A DNA stretch of 64,000 nucleotides from Coprothermobacter sp. Lineage in GTDB: Bacteria; Coprothermobacterota; Coprothermobacteria; Coprothermobacterales; Coprothermobacteraceae. A model generated the notes under the pieces. That model worked only from the letters and a program-made list of their open reading frames with translations, was not told the origin of the DNA and made no database searches. A program made the translations under genes and the position numbers. The stretch is from contig DUSQ01000035.1 of NCBI GenBank assembly GCA_012842545.1, positions 617 to 64,616 of the forward strand, written 5' to 3'. Position 1 is the stretch's first letter. Every line of letters starts with the position of its first letter. Shown here in pieces: positions 1-9,496 of this stretch.

Positions 1-797
1 TCCCAAATCAATTCACTAAGGGTATCGCTAGCTTTTTCAGCTGCTGCAAGTACCATTTCGTGACTGATCTCTTGGATGATATATGGCAGTGCCATATCGG
101 TTATCACGGACACACCAAGTACTGGTAGGTTCATGTGGGCAGCTACAATGCATTCCGGTACAGTGCTCATACCCACTGCATCTGCCCCAAATCCCTGCAT
201 CATCTTTAATTCAGCATGAGTCTCATAAGTAGGTCCGGAAACAGCCAAGTACACGCCCTCGCGCAGAGTTACCCCTTTTCGCACTGCTATCTGGCGCAGT
301 TTGTTTATGTGCTCCTCGCTGTAGACGTGATAAAGGTCAACAAAACGGGGGCCCCATTCGTCTACATTAGGCCCTATTAACGGATTCACACCCATGAAGT
401 TAATGTGGTCGGTTATTAACATTAGATCGCCCACGTGAAACTTTGGATTTAAACCTCCTGCTGCATTGGTCACGATGAGTAACTTGGCTCCCAATAGTTT
501 AGCCACTCTAACTGGGTATGTGACCTCTGCCATGCTGTACCCTTCATAATAATGAAATCTGCCACTAAAAGCCATGACTTTGTTGGCACCTATGTTACCC
601 GAAAGCACTTCACCAGCATGGCCTTTTACAGTACTTTTCGGGAAATGAGGTATGTCGTTGTAAGGTATGCGAGCCTTAATGTCCATTTTCTTAACCAAGT
701 CACCCAGACCAGAACCTATTATTATGGCAACGTCTGGTCTGTCCATCTTCTTTTCTAAGAACTGAGTCGTTTCTTTTACCATGTCTCTGATGTCCAC
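1..797 (-). CDS. punA: Purine nucleoside phosphorylase (3' end runs off the window)
   Basis: Hand-translated from GTG at 797 (SD GGAGG): VDIRDMVKETTQFLEKKMDRPDVAIIIGSGLG, then GRFHYYEGY, TNAAGG, GPTYET and VGMST motifs. Directly follows deoB. Confidence 0.93.
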   Translation of the reverse strand, partial: MDIRDMVKETTQFLEKKMDRPDVAIIIGSGLGDLVKKMDIKARIPYNDIPHFPKSTVKGHAGEVLSGNIGANKVMAFSGRFHYYEGYSMAEVTYPVRVAKLLGAKLLIVTNAAGGLNPKFHVGDLMLITDHINFMGVNPLIGPNVDEWGPRFVDLYHVYSEEHINKLRQIAVRKGVTLREGVYLAVSGPTYETHAELKMMQGFGADAVGMSTVPECIVAAHMNLPVLGVSVITDMALPYIIQEISHEMVLAAAEKASDTLSELIW

Positions 798-799
798 TT

Positions 800-1981
800 T
801 TATGCATCCTCCCTTAAAAGGTTTTTCCCCCATTTCTTCGGGGTTTCTACTCCAAGTGCATCTATAACTGTTTGGGCTATGTGCACATATCCGCGAAGTG
901 TTCCTAAAAAGCGGCTTTCAGAGAAACTCGGTGAGCAAGCTATGAAGGGTACGTATTCTCGCGTATGATCGGTGTGTTTAGGAAACGTGGGGTCATTGCC
1001 ATGATCCGCAGTTATGATAAGTAGGTCTTCATCTTTTAGATTACCATAAAGCATGGCTAATCCTTCATCGATCATCATTATGTTCTCGTAATATCCCTCA
1101 ACGTTTCTCCTGTGCCCATAGACCATATCAGAATCTACCAAGTTAGCAAAAACCAGCCCATGTTCTCCAAACGTTTTAGATAACTCTTGCAACTTCTTAA
1201 TACCATCGGCGTCACTTTCTGTGTGCACACTTTGGGAGATTCCCCTGCCGGCAAATAGATCATGAATCTTTCCTACGGCGACTACGGGTATTCCCTTCTG
1301 AGTAAGTTCGTCGAGTATGGTGTGACCCAGTGGAGGCAAAGAAAAATCGTGCCTTCTTGGCGTACGGTAAAATTCCCCTGGCTTTCCTGCAAATGGCCTG
1401 GCTATGACTCTCGCAACAGCATGATCACCAGTTAGAAGCTCTCGAGCAATTTCGCACATTCGGTAAAGTTCTTCTACTGGTATGATTTCCTCGTGAGCAG
1501 CTATCTGGAATACGGAATCTGCTGAAGTGTAGACAATGGGATAACCAGTGCGCATATGTTCCTCGCCCAACTGCTTGATTATCTCCGTTCCCGAGGCAGG
1601 AAAATTACCAAGCGTTTTTCTGCCAATTCTTCGTTCAAATTCCTCTATGATCTCGGGCGGAAAGCCGTGTGGATAGGTGGGAAATGGTGTGGTCATGACT
1701 AATCCTGCAATTTCCCAATGTCCAGTAGTAGAATCCTTCCCCTTAGAGAGTTCCTGCATTCTCGCTACCACACTTGGATATTGGATTGGCTCTCCCTTCA
1801 GTAGTTGGCCAAGTCCTCTGGTCCACAAGAAAGCAGGAACAGGTCTATCGCCGACGACGTGCAGTGCCGTATTTAAACTGGGATCGTCTCCGTATTCTGC
1901 CCAATCAGGTTCTGATCCCACACCGAAGCTGTCAATGACAACCAAGAAAACACGATTAAATGCTCTCTCTTTCATCGTCAT
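800..1981 (-). CDS. deoB: Phosphopentomutase
   Basis: DSFGVG, GKDSTTGHWE, RVIARPF, YGHRRN, TADHGNDPT and DHTREYVP motifs. Confidence 0.96.
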   Translation of the reverse strand: MTMKERAFNRVFLVVIDSFGVGSEPDWAEYGDDPSLNTALHVVGDRPVPAFLWTRGLGQLLKGEPIQYPSVVARMQELSKGKDSTTGHWEIAGLVMTTPFPTYPHGFPPEIIEEFERRIGRKTLGNFPASGTEIIKQLGEEHMRTGYPIVYTSADSVFQIAAHEEIIPVEELYRMCEIARELLTGDHAVARVIARPFAGKPGEFYRTPRRHDFSLPPLGHTILDELTQKGIPVVAVGKIHDLFAGRGISQSVHTESDADGIKKLQELSKTFGEHGLVFANLVDSDMVYGHRRNVEGYYENIMMIDEGLAMLYGNLKDEDLLIITADHGNDPTFPKHTDHTREYVPFIACSPSFSESRFLGTLRGYVHIAQTVIDALGVETPKKWGKNLLREDA

Positions 1982-2825
1982 GTATGTTTTCGCCTCCTAA
2001 TAAACTCTTTTCTTCCACGAGCTCCTTGAGAGCTTCACGGTAAACATGGGTGTAACGTTGGGTTGTTGTTATATCGCTGTGTCCAAGGGATTCTTGCACA
2101 ACCCTGATGTCAGCGTAGTTCGTAAGTTCCGTAGCGAAAGCATGCCTGAGAATGTGAGGGTGAGTGCCCAGAAGAGCTCTGGTCTTTCGCCACAACCAGG
2201 CTCTGGATCTCCTTTTTCCTTTTTTGTCACAAAATACATATGAACCCTTCCTTTTAAGTGACTCAACATCCATTCTAATAGCTTCCGATACCGGTAACAT
2301 CCGTTGCTTTCCACCTTTCCCTCTTACTAACATGTAGTCATCTCCGATGTCTGACCAACGAAGTTCCAACACCTCTGAAGCTCGTAAACCGCAATGGAGC
2401 ATTAACCTTAACGCCAATCTTACTTCGTGATCTTGTACTTCGCTTACAAGTTGGTCAAGATCATTCCAGTTAGGCACTTGCATGACCTTTTGAGGTATTT
2501 TCACTTTTGGCCTTTCAAATTCAAACGGTATGCCCTGTCTTCTAAGGAAGGCAGAAAAAGATGAAACTGCTGAGAGCTTTCTTGCTACAGTTGAAGGAGA
2601 AAGTCCCTTATCGTGAAGGAACTGTTTAAACGAATCAATGTCGGTGGAATGCTCTTGGTCCACAAAGGAGAAAAAATCATTAATATCCTTCAGGTAAGAG
2701 CGTACCGTCCTGGGTGAGGCTTGCTTTCTTAAAACGAGCCACTGTTCATAGTTTTCAATAAGCCTTTGTCTTTGCTCAAGTAGAGTGACAACAATGTCTT
2801 CATGTCCTTGTGTTCCAGCTTCCAT
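1956..2825 (-). CDS. xerD: XerD/XerC-type tyrosine recombinase (start uncertain)
   Basis: GLRASE, GKGGKQR, HILRHAFAT, LGH and TTQRYTH catalytic set; housekeeping nudF-xerD-deoB-punA order. Confidence 0.85.
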   Translation of the reverse strand: MEAGTQGHEDIVVTLLEQRQRLIENYEQWLVLRKQASPRTVRSYLKDINDFFSFVDQEHSTDIDSFKQFLHDKGLSPSTVARKLSAVSSFSAFLRRQGIPFEFERPKVKIPQKVMQVPNWNDLDQLVSEVQDHEVRLALRLMLHCGLRASEVLELRWSDIGDDYMLVRGKGGKQRMLPVSEAIRMDVESLKRKGSYVFCDKKGKRRSRAWLWRKTRALLGTHPHILRHAFATELTNYADIRVVQESLGHSDITTTQRYTHVYREALKELVEEKSLLGGENIHDDERESI

Positions 2826-3238
2826 ACATCTTCAATTTTAAGCGCAAAAGGCTCCAATTCTTCACTAGTGTCGTTCTTTTTAAGTTCGCTGTTATCAGCT
2901 TCCACAAAAAAAAGGTATATGACTTCGTCGCTGTAACCAGGTGTAGGGTAGAAAGAACCAAGAAAAACAATACTTTTAACAGTAAGTCCTACCTCCTCCA
3001 TAACCTCTCTTTCCACTGCGCTTACCAACTCTTCATTCTGTTCAACAATGCCAGCCACAATTTCCCAGATACATTCTTCCACGCCAGGACGCTTATGCTT
3101 CACCAGAACTATCTTCTGCTGACTGCACCAATAAATCAAGGCGCCCACAGCCGGCGGGCGCCTCACAATTTCGTATTTTCCTCGTATCAGCTCTACCTGG
3201 AGAAACTTTCCCTTAAATAATGTTTTTGGCGAATTCAT
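2729..3238 (-). CDS. NUDIX hydrolase (ADP-ribose pyrophosphatase-like)
   Basis: Nudix box AGIVEQNEELVSAVEREVMEEVG and FYPTPGYSDE. Confidence 0.9.
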   Translation of the reverse strand: MNSPKTLFKGKFLQVELIRGKYEIVRRPPAVGALIYWCSQQKIVLVKHKRPGVEECIWEIVAGIVEQNEELVSAVEREVMEEVGLTVKSIVFLGSFYPTPGYSDEVIYLFFVEADNSELKKNDTSEELEPFALKIEDVWKLEHKDMKTLLSLYLSKDKGLLKTMNSGSF

Positions 3239-3761
3239 ATCCAAGTTCTATGGCCTTTTTGTTAGTTTCAACCAACTGCGGACGCTTATCACCAACTTTT
3301 TCTACCATGGCTTGCTCTAACTCTTCCAATGTGAAAATGTCTTTCCAAAGCCAACCTATAACTCCGAGCATGACCATGTTTGCACTTCTCTGTGAACCAG
3401 CTTGCTCTGCAAGTTCATTTGCTGGGACCTTTAAGTAATTCACATCAGTGCGTTTGGGTTCCATGGTGATAAGTGTGCTGTTCAAAATAACCGTGCCATT
3501 TGGCTCTACCATTTTTTCAAACTTTTCCATGGAAGGGTTATTCATGATAATAGTGTACATGGGCTTATCCACCACAGGAGATCCAATTTCTTCATCAGAA
3601 ATTACCACTGTGCAGTTTGCCGTACCACCACGCTGCTCGGGACCATATGAAGGCAACCAGGTAGCATTTAGTTGTTTCTCAGTTGCTGCAAGTGCCAGAA
3701 TCTGCCCAAGCAGCATAACGCCTTGACCTCCAAACCCAGCTACGACTAAGTTGCGCGTCAT
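3213..3761 (-). CDS. 2-oxoacid:ferredoxin oxidoreductase gamma subunit
   Basis: AGFGGQGVMLLG and PSYGPEQRGGTA. Confidence 0.94.
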   Translation of the reverse strand: MTRNLVVAGFGGQGVMLLGQILALAATEKQLNATWLPSYGPEQRGGTANCTVVISDEEIGSPVVDKPMYTIIMNNPSMEKFEKMVEPNGTVILNSTLITMEPKRTDVNYLKVPANELAEQAGSQRSANMVMLGVIGWLWKDIFTLEELEQAMVEKVGDKRPQLVETNKKAIELGYEFAKNII

Positions 3762-4510
3762 CTTGTCTCACTCCCTTTTACATCCTTCTTAATCCCCAGC
3801 GGGTACGTCTTCACCATTTCATTCTTGGCAAATTCGCTCGCTTCTACGGGAGTCATCCCCCAGTTGGTCGGGCAAGTACCAACTACTTCAATGAAGGTGA
3901 AACCTTCGCCCTTCATCTGGAGTTCAAAAGCATGTTTGATATGGTTTTTGGTCTCTGTAATGGCTCTGGGATTAAAGAGAGCACTTCGGGCTGCAAAGGC
4001 CGTACCATCCTGAAGGGCAATAGTTTCTGCCATTTTTACCGGATAGCCCTCACGTTTAGGATCTCTTCCATAAGGTGACGTAGTGGTTTTCATACCCAGC
4101 AATGTGGTGGGAGCCATCTGACCACCTGTCATGCCGTAAATTGCATTGTTGTACATGAACGTGGTCACATTTACTCCCCGAATAGCGCCATAGAGTGTTT
4201 CAGCAAGACCGATGGATGCAGCATCTCCGTCTCCCTGATAGGTAAATACCAAGACGTCGGGATGAGCCAGTTTTATGCCTGTAGCTATGGCCACTGCACG
4301 CCCATGTGGAGCCTCTATCCAATCAATGTCCAGGTAGTTGTATGCCATGACAGCACACCCCACTGGTGCCACGCCTACAGTCTTGTCAGCCAGTTTCATT
4401 TCGTCAAGAACTTCAGCAATGAGAGCATGCAGTATGCCGTGGTGACAACCAGGGCAATAGTGATTCACCACCTTTTCCAATGTTTTTGGTCTCTCATAAA
4501 CTATCTTCAT
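3758..4510 (-). CDS. 2-oxoacid:ferredoxin oxidoreductase beta subunit (TPP-binding)
   Basis: YCPGCHHG, QGDGD, NNAIYGMTGGQMAPTT and CPTNW. Confidence 0.94.
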   Translation of the reverse strand: MKIVYERPKTLEKVVNHYCPGCHHGILHALIAEVLDEMKLADKTVGVAPVGCAVMAYNYLDIDWIEAPHGRAVAIATGIKLAHPDVLVFTYQGDGDAASIGLAETLYGAIRGVNVTTFMYNNAIYGMTGGQMAPTTLLGMKTTTSPYGRDPKREGYPVKMAETIALQDGTAFAARSALFNPRAITETKNHIKHAFELQMKGEGFTFIEVVGTCPTNWGMTPVEASEFAKNEMVKTYPLGIKKDVKGSETR

Positions 4511-4515
4511 GCACA

Positions 4516-5571
4516 TCACCCTCTTAGTATTTGCTCAATTTCGGAAGGCGTGAACGTTGTTCCGCCTGGGTGTCCATGGAACTCGTATTCTTTGTTGGGA
4601 TCGAACACGTTTAACTTCACATCTTCGATCATTTGGCCAGCAGACATTTCCAGTACCACAATGCGCTTTGCATTTACAGCTTTCTGTGCCAATGCCTTGC
4701 CGGGGAACGGCCATATGGTTATAGGCCTGAATAAACCAATACTTTTCCCTTCAGCAAGCATCTTCTTGAGAGCCGACATGGTAACCCTTGCTACCGTCCC
4801 ATACGCAACTACAAGTGTCTCAGGGGCTTCCACACCTACGTAGTCGTATCGCGGTTCTTTCTCTTCTATTTCATGGTATTTTGCTTGCAGACGCCAGTTA
4901 ATGGCTTCGAGTTTTTCTGGATCCAGCTCCAGCGATGTGTTTACGTTCTTTTTGTACCCATGGCGGAACTTCCCACTAAGAGCCCAATTTGGCAAAGGAA
5001 CTTCATCTGGATTAACAAAATACGGGAATTCCACAGCTTCCATCATCTGACCAATTAGACCATCTATGGCAATCACAACGGGGTTTCTGTACTTAAAAGC
5101 AGTTTCAAATGCTATTGGCATGATGTTGATCACTTCTTGTATGGTGTAAGGTGCGAACACAATCAAGTGATAGTCACCATGCCCGCCGCCTTTGGTTAGT
5201 TGAAAATAATCACTTTGTGCAGCCTGAATATCACCCAAGCCTGGACCACCACGTACGGCATCCACAAATAAGCCGGGAACTTCGGCGCCCGCCATGTAAG
5301 AAAGCGCTTCTTGCATGAGAGATATGCCAGGACTGCTGGAAGCCGTCATGGCATATTTTCCTGCTGCTGCTGCACCATAAACCATGTTAGATGCAGCAAG
5401 CTCCGATTCAGCCTGAATGAATGTTCCTCCAACCTGTGGTAAGCGATACGCCATGTACTCTGCAATCTCACTAGCAGGTGTTATTGGATAACCAAAATAC
5501 AATCTACATCCGGCCCTTACCGCAGCTTCGCCAACAGCTTCGTTACCTTTCATCAATATGCGTTCGCTCAT
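4516..5571 (-). CDS. 2-oxoacid:ferredoxin oxidoreductase alpha subunit (2-ketoisovalerate/VorB type)
   Basis: KGNEAVGEAA, GYPITPASE, SSSPGISLMQE and RGGPGLG. Confidence 0.94.
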   Translation of the reverse strand: MSERILMKGNEAVGEAAVRAGCRLYFGYPITPASEIAEYMAYRLPQVGGTFIQAESELAASNMVYGAAAAGKYAMTASSSPGISLMQEALSYMAGAEVPGLFVDAVRGGPGLGDIQAAQSDYFQLTKGGGHGDYHLIVFAPYTIQEVINIMPIAFETAFKYRNPVVIAIDGLIGQMMEAVEFPYFVNPDEVPLPNWALSGKFRHGYKKNVNTSLELDPEKLEAINWRLQAKYHEIEEKEPRYDYVGVEAPETLVVAYGTVARVTMSALKKMLAEGKSIGLFRPITIWPFPGKALAQKAVNAKRIVVLEMSAGQMIEDVKLNVFDPNKEYEFHGHPGGTTFTPSEIEQILRG

Positions 5572-5801
5572 GCCTTCTCCACCTCCGGCTTGTAAACAGC
5601 AATGGCCCTTTCAGGGCATGTCATAGCACAAAAGCCACAACTTATGCATTTTTCATTGTCAAAGAGCTCTGCGGGGTGAAAACCCTTACTGTTTATCTTG
5701 CTAGAAATCCTGAGCACATGCACGGGACAAATTGCAACACAGAGCTCACACTGCTTGCACAGCTCTTCATCAATGACAACTTTCAGAGCCTGTTCACTCA
5801 T
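5568..5801 (-). CDS. 2x[4Fe-4S] ferredoxin (oxidoreductase delta subunit)
   Basis: Two CxxCxxCxxxCP motifs; position in operon. Confidence 0.92.
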   Translation of the reverse strand: MSEQALKVVIDEELCKQCELCVAICPVHVLRISSKINSKGFHPAELFDNEKCISCGFCAMTCPERAIAVYKPEVEKA

Positions 5802-5805
5802 GCTC

Positions 5806-6438
5806 TTACACCTCCATTTGCAAATATCTTTTTATTGGGAAAAGTGGTAAATCTACCACCCTCTCGACCTCTTCAGCTACCTGTTCCAGCACAACCAAGA
5901 TGCTGGGTTCAGGCAAGTGCATCTCTTTATAAAGTTCCATACCATGTAGAATCACGTTTGTATCTGTATCATCCAAGAGATGCGGGTTCAGAATAAACTT
6001 TGGGGTCTCTGGCAACATGGAAAGAACACGTCGAACTAGAAACTCCGCTTGTGGCCTGTAGGGGTTAACCACCACATAAAACAGTATATTCCTGTCTCGG
6101 AGCAAGTTCTTTATGGTAGTTAGAGGCACTAGTCCCAATTCGCCTCCACCCATGTCCAGAACCACCTTAAGCCCCTGATCCAGCCAGACTTCAGGAGTGT
6201 ACTCAATTACGGGTGTATCCATGTATTTCCACTGGGGATTGATGTTTCCTTCCCTTCGGTCACCCATTGCCACATCTCGAGCCCTCATCAAGGGCTTATA
6301 CATATCGGCATCGTAAACTTGAACATTATCAAATGTGGCTACCAGATTAAGGGCAATTTCCGTTTTCCCTGAACCTCGCGGTCCCGTTAGTGCAATCAAG
6401 CTTTCATCATCAAAAAAAGTACTCAGTTCAGCAATCAT
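5806..6438 (-). CDS. Uncharacterised P-loop NTPase
   Basis: GPRGSGKTEIALN Walker A, VLDMGG Walker B-like, VVNPYRP. Confidence 0.8.
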   Translation of the reverse strand: MIAELSTFFDDESLIALTGPRGSGKTEIALNLVATFDNVQVYDADMYKPLMRARDVAMGDRREGNINPQWKYMDTPVIEYTPEVWLDQGLKVVLDMGGGELGLVPLTTIKNLLRDRNILFYVVVNPYRPQAEFLVRRVLSMLPETPKFILNPHLLDDTDTNVILHGMELYKEMHLPEPSILVVLEQVAEEVERVVDLPLFPIKRYLQMEV

Positions 6439-6439
6439 G

Positions 6440-7510
6440 TTAATAAGCCTTTGGTTCCTCCTGTCCCTTTAGTACTCTGATAGCGCCTTCAGCTAAGGCT
6501 AGCATTTCATCTTCACCAGGTACAACAAAAACGGGCGCTATCCAGAGAACCCTTTCTTGTATTTGATCCACCAGCTCTGGGATGTATGCTAGCCCACCAG
6601 TTATGACGATTCCGTCAACTTTGCCTTCCAGTGCCACAGCCATCTGAGCGATCCACTTGCTTATTTGATAGGCAGTAGCTCTTAAAATGAGTGATGCTTG
6701 TTCATCTCCGTCTTTAACACGCTGCTCAAGTTCCCTACCGCTATTTGTTCCTAAATGAGCTACCCAGCCACCCTTTCCGATAAGTCTCTTAGAAAACTCT
6801 TTTTTATCTGGCTTGTGCTCATAAAGGTAGTCCGCCAATTTCATAATGGGCAAGGTTCCAGCTCTTTCAGGACTCATGGGGCCTTCTCCGCCAAGAGCGT
6901 TATTCACATCCACAACCCGTCCCTTCCTATGAGCGCCAATACTGATGCCCCCACCCAGGTGCGCTACTATGAGATTAAGCTCTTCATAAGGTAGAGAGAA
7001 AAAATCTCTCGCCACACGACGGGCTACGGCTTTTTGGTTCAGTGCGTGAAAAATACTCTTTCTGGGAAGTTCAGGCCAACCACTAAACCTGGAAATGTCA
7101 TCCATCTCGTCGACTACTACTGGATCAACAATGAAAGCAGGGCACCCAACCTTCGACGCTATGGCGTGCGCAATGGGAGCCCCCAAGTTTGATGCATGTT
7201 CGCCATAACGTGCATCCATGAGCTCTTTAAGCATGGTTTCGTTAACAGCATATACGCCACTGGAGATTGGGCGTAGCAAGCCACCACGTCCCACCACTGC
7301 GTCCAGGGTTTTCAAATCACTACCGTGCTTTTTTACAGCTTTTTCCACCTCTGATGCCCTCAGTTCAAACTGAGCAGCAATACTGGGAAACTGTGACAAC
7401 GTCGCAGCGTCATGTTCAACGGAGTCCTTCCAAACCAGTTTATCGTCATCAAACCAGGCAACTTTCGTACTTGTCGAGCCTGGGTTAATGGTCAGTATCT
7501 GGAATCCCAT
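6440..7510 (-). CDS. buk: Butyrate (branched-chain acid) kinase, copy 1
   Basis: INPGSTSTK, GRGG, HASNLG, HALNQKA, HLGGGIS and PGEDEMLAL. Confidence 0.95.
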   Translation of the reverse strand: MGFQILTINPGSTSTKVAWFDDDKLVWKDSVEHDAATLSQFPSIAAQFELRASEVEKAVKKHGSDLKTLDAVVGRGGLLRPISSGVYAVNETMLKELMDARYGEHASNLGAPIAHAIASKVGCPAFIVDPVVVDEMDDISRFSGWPELPRKSIFHALNQKAVARRVARDFFSLPYEELNLIVAHLGGGISIGAHRKGRVVDVNNALGGEGPMSPERAGTLPIMKLADYLYEHKPDKKEFSKRLIGKGGWVAHLGTNSGRELEQRVKDGDEQASLILRATAYQISKWIAQMAVALEGKVDGIVITGGLAYIPELVDQIQERVLWIAPVFVVPGEDEMLALAEGAIRVLKGQEEPKAY

Positions 7511-8403
7511 TATTGTGCACCTCCCGCGAAAGCCACAGCTGCCACAATGGAATAGAATTTGTTCTCATCGCTGTCAGAACGCGATGGTAAAACCACAGGG
7601 CAATTAGCACCAAGTACCAGACCTGCCATTCTACCTCCGCAAACAAACGAGAAACTCTTGCCCAGCAAATTACCTGCCTCGATGTCCGGCACTAACATGA
7701 TATCCGCATCACCAACCACAGGTGAATCCACACCCTTAACAGCCGCAGCTTTGCTACTGAAAGCTAAATCAAAAGCCAATGGCCCATCAACTAGTACGTT
7801 TCTTCCAAACTCTCCCCGGTCGGACATAGTTCTTAAAACAGCTGCATCCAGAGTACAAGGCATATTAGTATTAGGTCTTTCCTCTGCACACAAAACAGCC
7901 ACTTTTATTCGTTCATAATGGAATGCTTTAAAAAACGAAACAGCGTTATGAATGATCTGAACCTTTTGATCTAAGTCAGGACTTATAACCATGCCACCAT
8001 CGGTCACACCTACAACTTTATGGTAAGTTGGAACCTCAAACAGAGCCAAGTGGGACATGAGCCCTTTTCCCCTCAGAGAAAGATTCTTATCCAGGACAGC
8101 TTTAAGGAACGTTGAAGTACTCACAAAACCTTTCATCACAATGGAACATTTCCCATCGGAAACTGCCTTGGCTGCTTGGAATGCGCTTTCTTCAGGAGAA
8201 GAGCACTTAACGAAGTCAACATAAGGTGGAAGTTCCATTTCTCCATTAGAACGCCAGTCAAATACAGTAAATCTCAAATTCAGCTCGGTTGAAGCTCTTT
8301 CTATGGCTTCCTTTGACTCCTCATCATACCCAGCAACTGCTACTTTCTGGTTTTGGTTTTTTCTTGCTATTTCAATTAAATCCTGTAAGCTGCTTATAAC
8401 CAT
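7510..8403 (-). CDS. ptb: Phosphate butyryltransferase
   Basis: MKGFVST, DGPLAFD, PDIEAGNLLGK and PSRSD; ATG at 8403 with SD GGGAGG. Confidence 0.92.
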   Translation of the reverse strand: MVISSLQDLIEIARKNQNQKVAVAGYDEESKEAIERASTELNLRFTVFDWRSNGEMELPPYVDFVKCSSPEESAFQAAKAVSDGKCSIVMKGFVSTSTFLKAVLDKNLSLRGKGLMSHLALFEVPTYHKVVGVTDGGMVISPDLDQKVQIIHNAVSFFKAFHYERIKVAVLCAEERPNTNMPCTLDAAVLRTMSDRGEFGRNVLVDGPLAFDLAFSSKAAAVKGVDSPVVGDADIMLVPDIEAGNLLGKSFSFVCGGRMAGLVLGANCPVVLPSRSDSDENKFYSIVAAVAFAGGAQ

Positions 8404-8404
8404 A

Positions 8405-9496
8405 TTAATTGGCCTCCCCATAGTCACGTAAAGGTTCAAGACCCTTAAAAGCGCGGAATGCTCCCGTGGCCAAGGCTTCCATTTCGTACCCACCAGGGTA
8501 AACAGCATACGGCTTCTGAAGCCAGCTGCTGTAACGCTTTATGCCATCTACAGCTTCGTCGTTGTAAACGATACCCCCAGTTAGGATGATGACTTCAGCT
8601 TCGTTGTGAAGTACTGCATTCATGGCAGCTATGTACTTTGAAACTTGGTAATACATGCTTTCAAGAATGAGTACTTTATCCTTTTCTTCTTTAGAAATCT
8701 TTAATATTTCTCTGAAATCGTTAGTGCCAAAATAGGCAACAAGTCCACCTTTTCCTGAGATACGTCTTCTCAAACTTTTTTGGTCAGGCCAGTTGTCATA
8801 GATGTAATTCACAAAGTCCGAAACCGGCAAAGAACCTGCTCTTTCAAGCTGGAAAGGACCTTCCTCATTAGGGTTAGTAGAGTCGATAAGCTTACCCTTT
8901 TCCATGGCAGCTATGCTGAAACCACCACCCAGATGTGCTATAACAGCCGTTAGTTCGTCTAGGGTCTTTCCCTGCGACTCGGCATATTTTCTTGCTACGG
9001 CCCTTATGTTCAAAGCATGGAGAGCGCTGTAGCGAGGAATCTCTGGCAACCCACTGACCTTCGCCTCAGGTATGAACTCATCCACAGATACCGGATCAGT
9101 AAAATAAGCCGGGACGCCCCAATCTTGCGATAATCTAAAGGCCACAACAGGGCCAATAAGAGAGCTGTGTGGGCTTAGAATGCGCTCATGCATGATGTCT
9201 TCTTCAACTTCTCTGGTAATTTGGTAAGTTCCAGCAGGTAGTGGCTTTATTGGACCTCCACGTGAAGCAATGCAGACTATTTGGTCTGAATTAACGCCGT
9301 GTTTGCTTATGAACTCCAGTACTTGCTGCTGCCTGAAGTCTATTTGGTCAGTATAATGAGGCTTCTGTTCCAATACATCTACAGGCACCGAAACAGTTTC
9401 CTCAACTACAACTTCCACTTCGTTTTCCAGAGGTCTGTACAACGCTAGTTTCGTAGATGTAGATCCAGGATTAATCACCAGGATAAACTTCTCCAA
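8405..9496 (-). CDS. buk: Butyrate kinase, copy 2 (divergent paralog)
   Basis: INPGSTSTK, SRGG, HALNIRA, HLGGGFS and EMEALA; TTG start after GGAGGTG. Confidence 0.92.
   Translation of the reverse strand: MEKFILVINPGSTSTKLALYRPLENEVEVVVEETVSVPVDVLEQKPHYTDQIDFRQQQVLEFISKHGVNSDQIVCIASRGGPIKPLPAGTYQITREVEEDIMHERILSPHSSLIGPVVAFRLSQDWGVPAYFTDPVSVDEFIPEAKVSGLPEIPRYSALHALNIRAVARKYAESQGKTLDELTAVIAHLGGGFSIAAMEKGKLIDSTNPNEEGPFQLERAGSLPVSDFVNYIYDNWPDQKSLRRRISGKGGLVAYFGTNDFREILKISKEEKDKVLILESMYYQVSKYIAAMNAVLHNEAEVIILTGGIVYNDEAVDGIKRYSSWLQKPYAVYPGGYEMEALATGAFRAFKGLEPLRDYGEAN

Noticed and set aside
1956-2825. Tyrosine recombinase as an integrase of a mobile element
   Set aside because: Housekeeping nudF-xerD-deoB-punA context, with no att repeats or cargo genes
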